A stretch of 64,000 nucleotides of DNA from Negaprion brevirostris (taxonomy: Eukaryota). This document shows, piece after piece, positions 62,691-64,000 of this stretch (positions are counted from its first letter, which is position 1; the number at the start of each line of letters is the position of its first letter). Below the pieces are notes generated by a model that was not told where the DNA came from, made no database searches, and saw nothing but the letters and a program-made list of their open reading frames with translations. A program made the position numbers and the translations under genes. Where the stretch lies: contig JARDVH010000042.1 of NCBI GenBank assembly GCA_030324005.1, forward strand, positions 63,355,320 through 63,419,319. Direction: 5' to 3'.

Positions 62691-64000
62691 CTTGACCTTA
62701 CGTGAGTCAGAAGGTGCAAAGATCAAACCAGACAGATACTGGAGATGGGAACTGGAGCTCCAACTCTGAATCCTGGATTAGTATCCAATGGTTGGGGGTT
62801 GACTTCCACCCATTGGCTGAAATCCCTGTCCTTGTTTGCCACTGGGATTCTCCAGTGCGGGGAGAACATGCAAACTGCGCACAGGCAGTGAGCCAAGCCG
62901 GGAGTCGAACCCAGTTCCCTGCAACTGTGAGGCAGCAATGCCAACCACTGTGCCACTGTGCCGTTTAATAAGATCTCCAAAGTGAGCGCTAGCAAGCATC
63001 ATAGTAATCCCTACAGTACAAAAGGAGGCCATTCNNNNNNNNNNNNNNNNNNNNNNNNNNNNNNNNNNNNNNNNNNNNNNNNNNNNNNNNNNNNNNNNNN
63101 NNNNNNNNNNNNNNNNNNNNNNNNNNNNNNNNNNATCAGTCTCCCCTCAACCTCCGTCGTTCCAGTGAGGACAAACCAAGTTTCTCCAGCATCTCCTCAT
63201 AGCTAATGCCCTCCATGCCAGGCAACATCCTGGTAAATCTTTTCTGAAGTTTGATACTACCTTCCTCACAATGCTTTTAAGTTCCGTATTATCCACAAAT
63301 TTTGAAATTGTTCCTCACTTCGTAAATGTTCTTTCTTGCATTTCCCCTGCATCTCTTTCCAAAATCTTAAATCTGTGTAACCTAGTTCTTATACCATCAG
63401 TAAATGGAAACAAAATGTCCTTATATATCTTATCCGAATCTCTCAATCTTGTGCATCTCTATCAAATCTCCTTGTAACAGTTTGATACAATTGAGTTTTG
63501 GGAATGTGATTTGAGCTCGCATTCCCTGGCTTATTATTAATCCAGTTTTTAGGGTTACCAATATAGTAACAGGTGAAATAGCACCTTATCCTAGCACTCC
63601 TGGAATTTTAAGGTTGAATCTATCCCAGGCTGATGGGGTGAAAGTTTCCCTTGGGCAAGGCATAAGAGCTCACGAAATAATATCCTATTAATAATCCCAT
63701 TCCTAACTGGTTCAGGTAAACAGTAAATTTACTGTAGTGGCAGCTTTGCTCACTCAAGTCTGAAGTGTTGTGAAAAATGTGAATACCATTGGAATGAATC
63801 CTTTTCTGAAGTCGGGTTAGGGCACAATGTTGTGTTAAATAGGGAGATTGCATATTTAACCTCAACTGGAAATATCTGATGATTAAATACACCATTTCCT
63901 GCCACTGACATGTCTCATATTTTGATTATTAAAATATTACAATCAATATATGATTCACTTTCAATAGCATTTATTAAATGTTATCTTGACTCTGTATTGC

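Noticed and set aside
60834-64000. Search for the next TMC1 exon (expected (S)HFGSSVASYF...)
   Set aside because: Not found by eye in the remaining 3.2 kb; it presumably lies beyond the window, so its absence is not evidence of pseudogenisation.

Overview
This is eukaryotic DNA, not prokaryotic. It is an AT-rich, repeat-dense vertebrate region from a gapped draft assembly, and almost certainly from a shark or other elasmobranch, because it carries many HE1-type tRNA/V-SINEs with CR1 (HER1-type) tails. Two intron-containing genes are transcribed divergently. On the minus strand is the 5' end of ZFAND5: an A20 zinc-finger coding exon at 1054-1204, a probable UTR exon and a CpG-island promoter at about 6.5-7.1 kb. 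On the plus strand are the first six coding exons of TMC1, the hair-cell mechanotransduction channel (26345-60833). They splice into an open 282-codon frame that continues beyond the window. The ZFAND5-TMC1 head-to-head arrangement matches human synteny. The rest is mostly decayed transposable elements: HE1-like SINEs with two different 3' tails, DeuSINE-like SINEs, CR1, L2, RTE and Rex/Babar LINEs, a Gypsy pol relic, a two-gene PIF/Harbinger relic, MITEs and Penelope-derived pieces with vestigial hammerhead motifs. Almost all ORFs in the supplied track are spurious. I found no convincing wholly new biological system. The most interesting features are: KASSM replacing the conserved TMC1/2 KPWxM motif; a TMC1 N-terminus about 100 aa longer than human; a near-perfect palindrome joining two divergent SINEs in TMC1 intron 1; a possible 100-aa overlapping uORF and a 40/80-bp minisatellite in the ZFAND5 5' leader; and degenerate hammerhead cores. 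Family names and orthologue comparisons come from recalled consensus features, not from searches.
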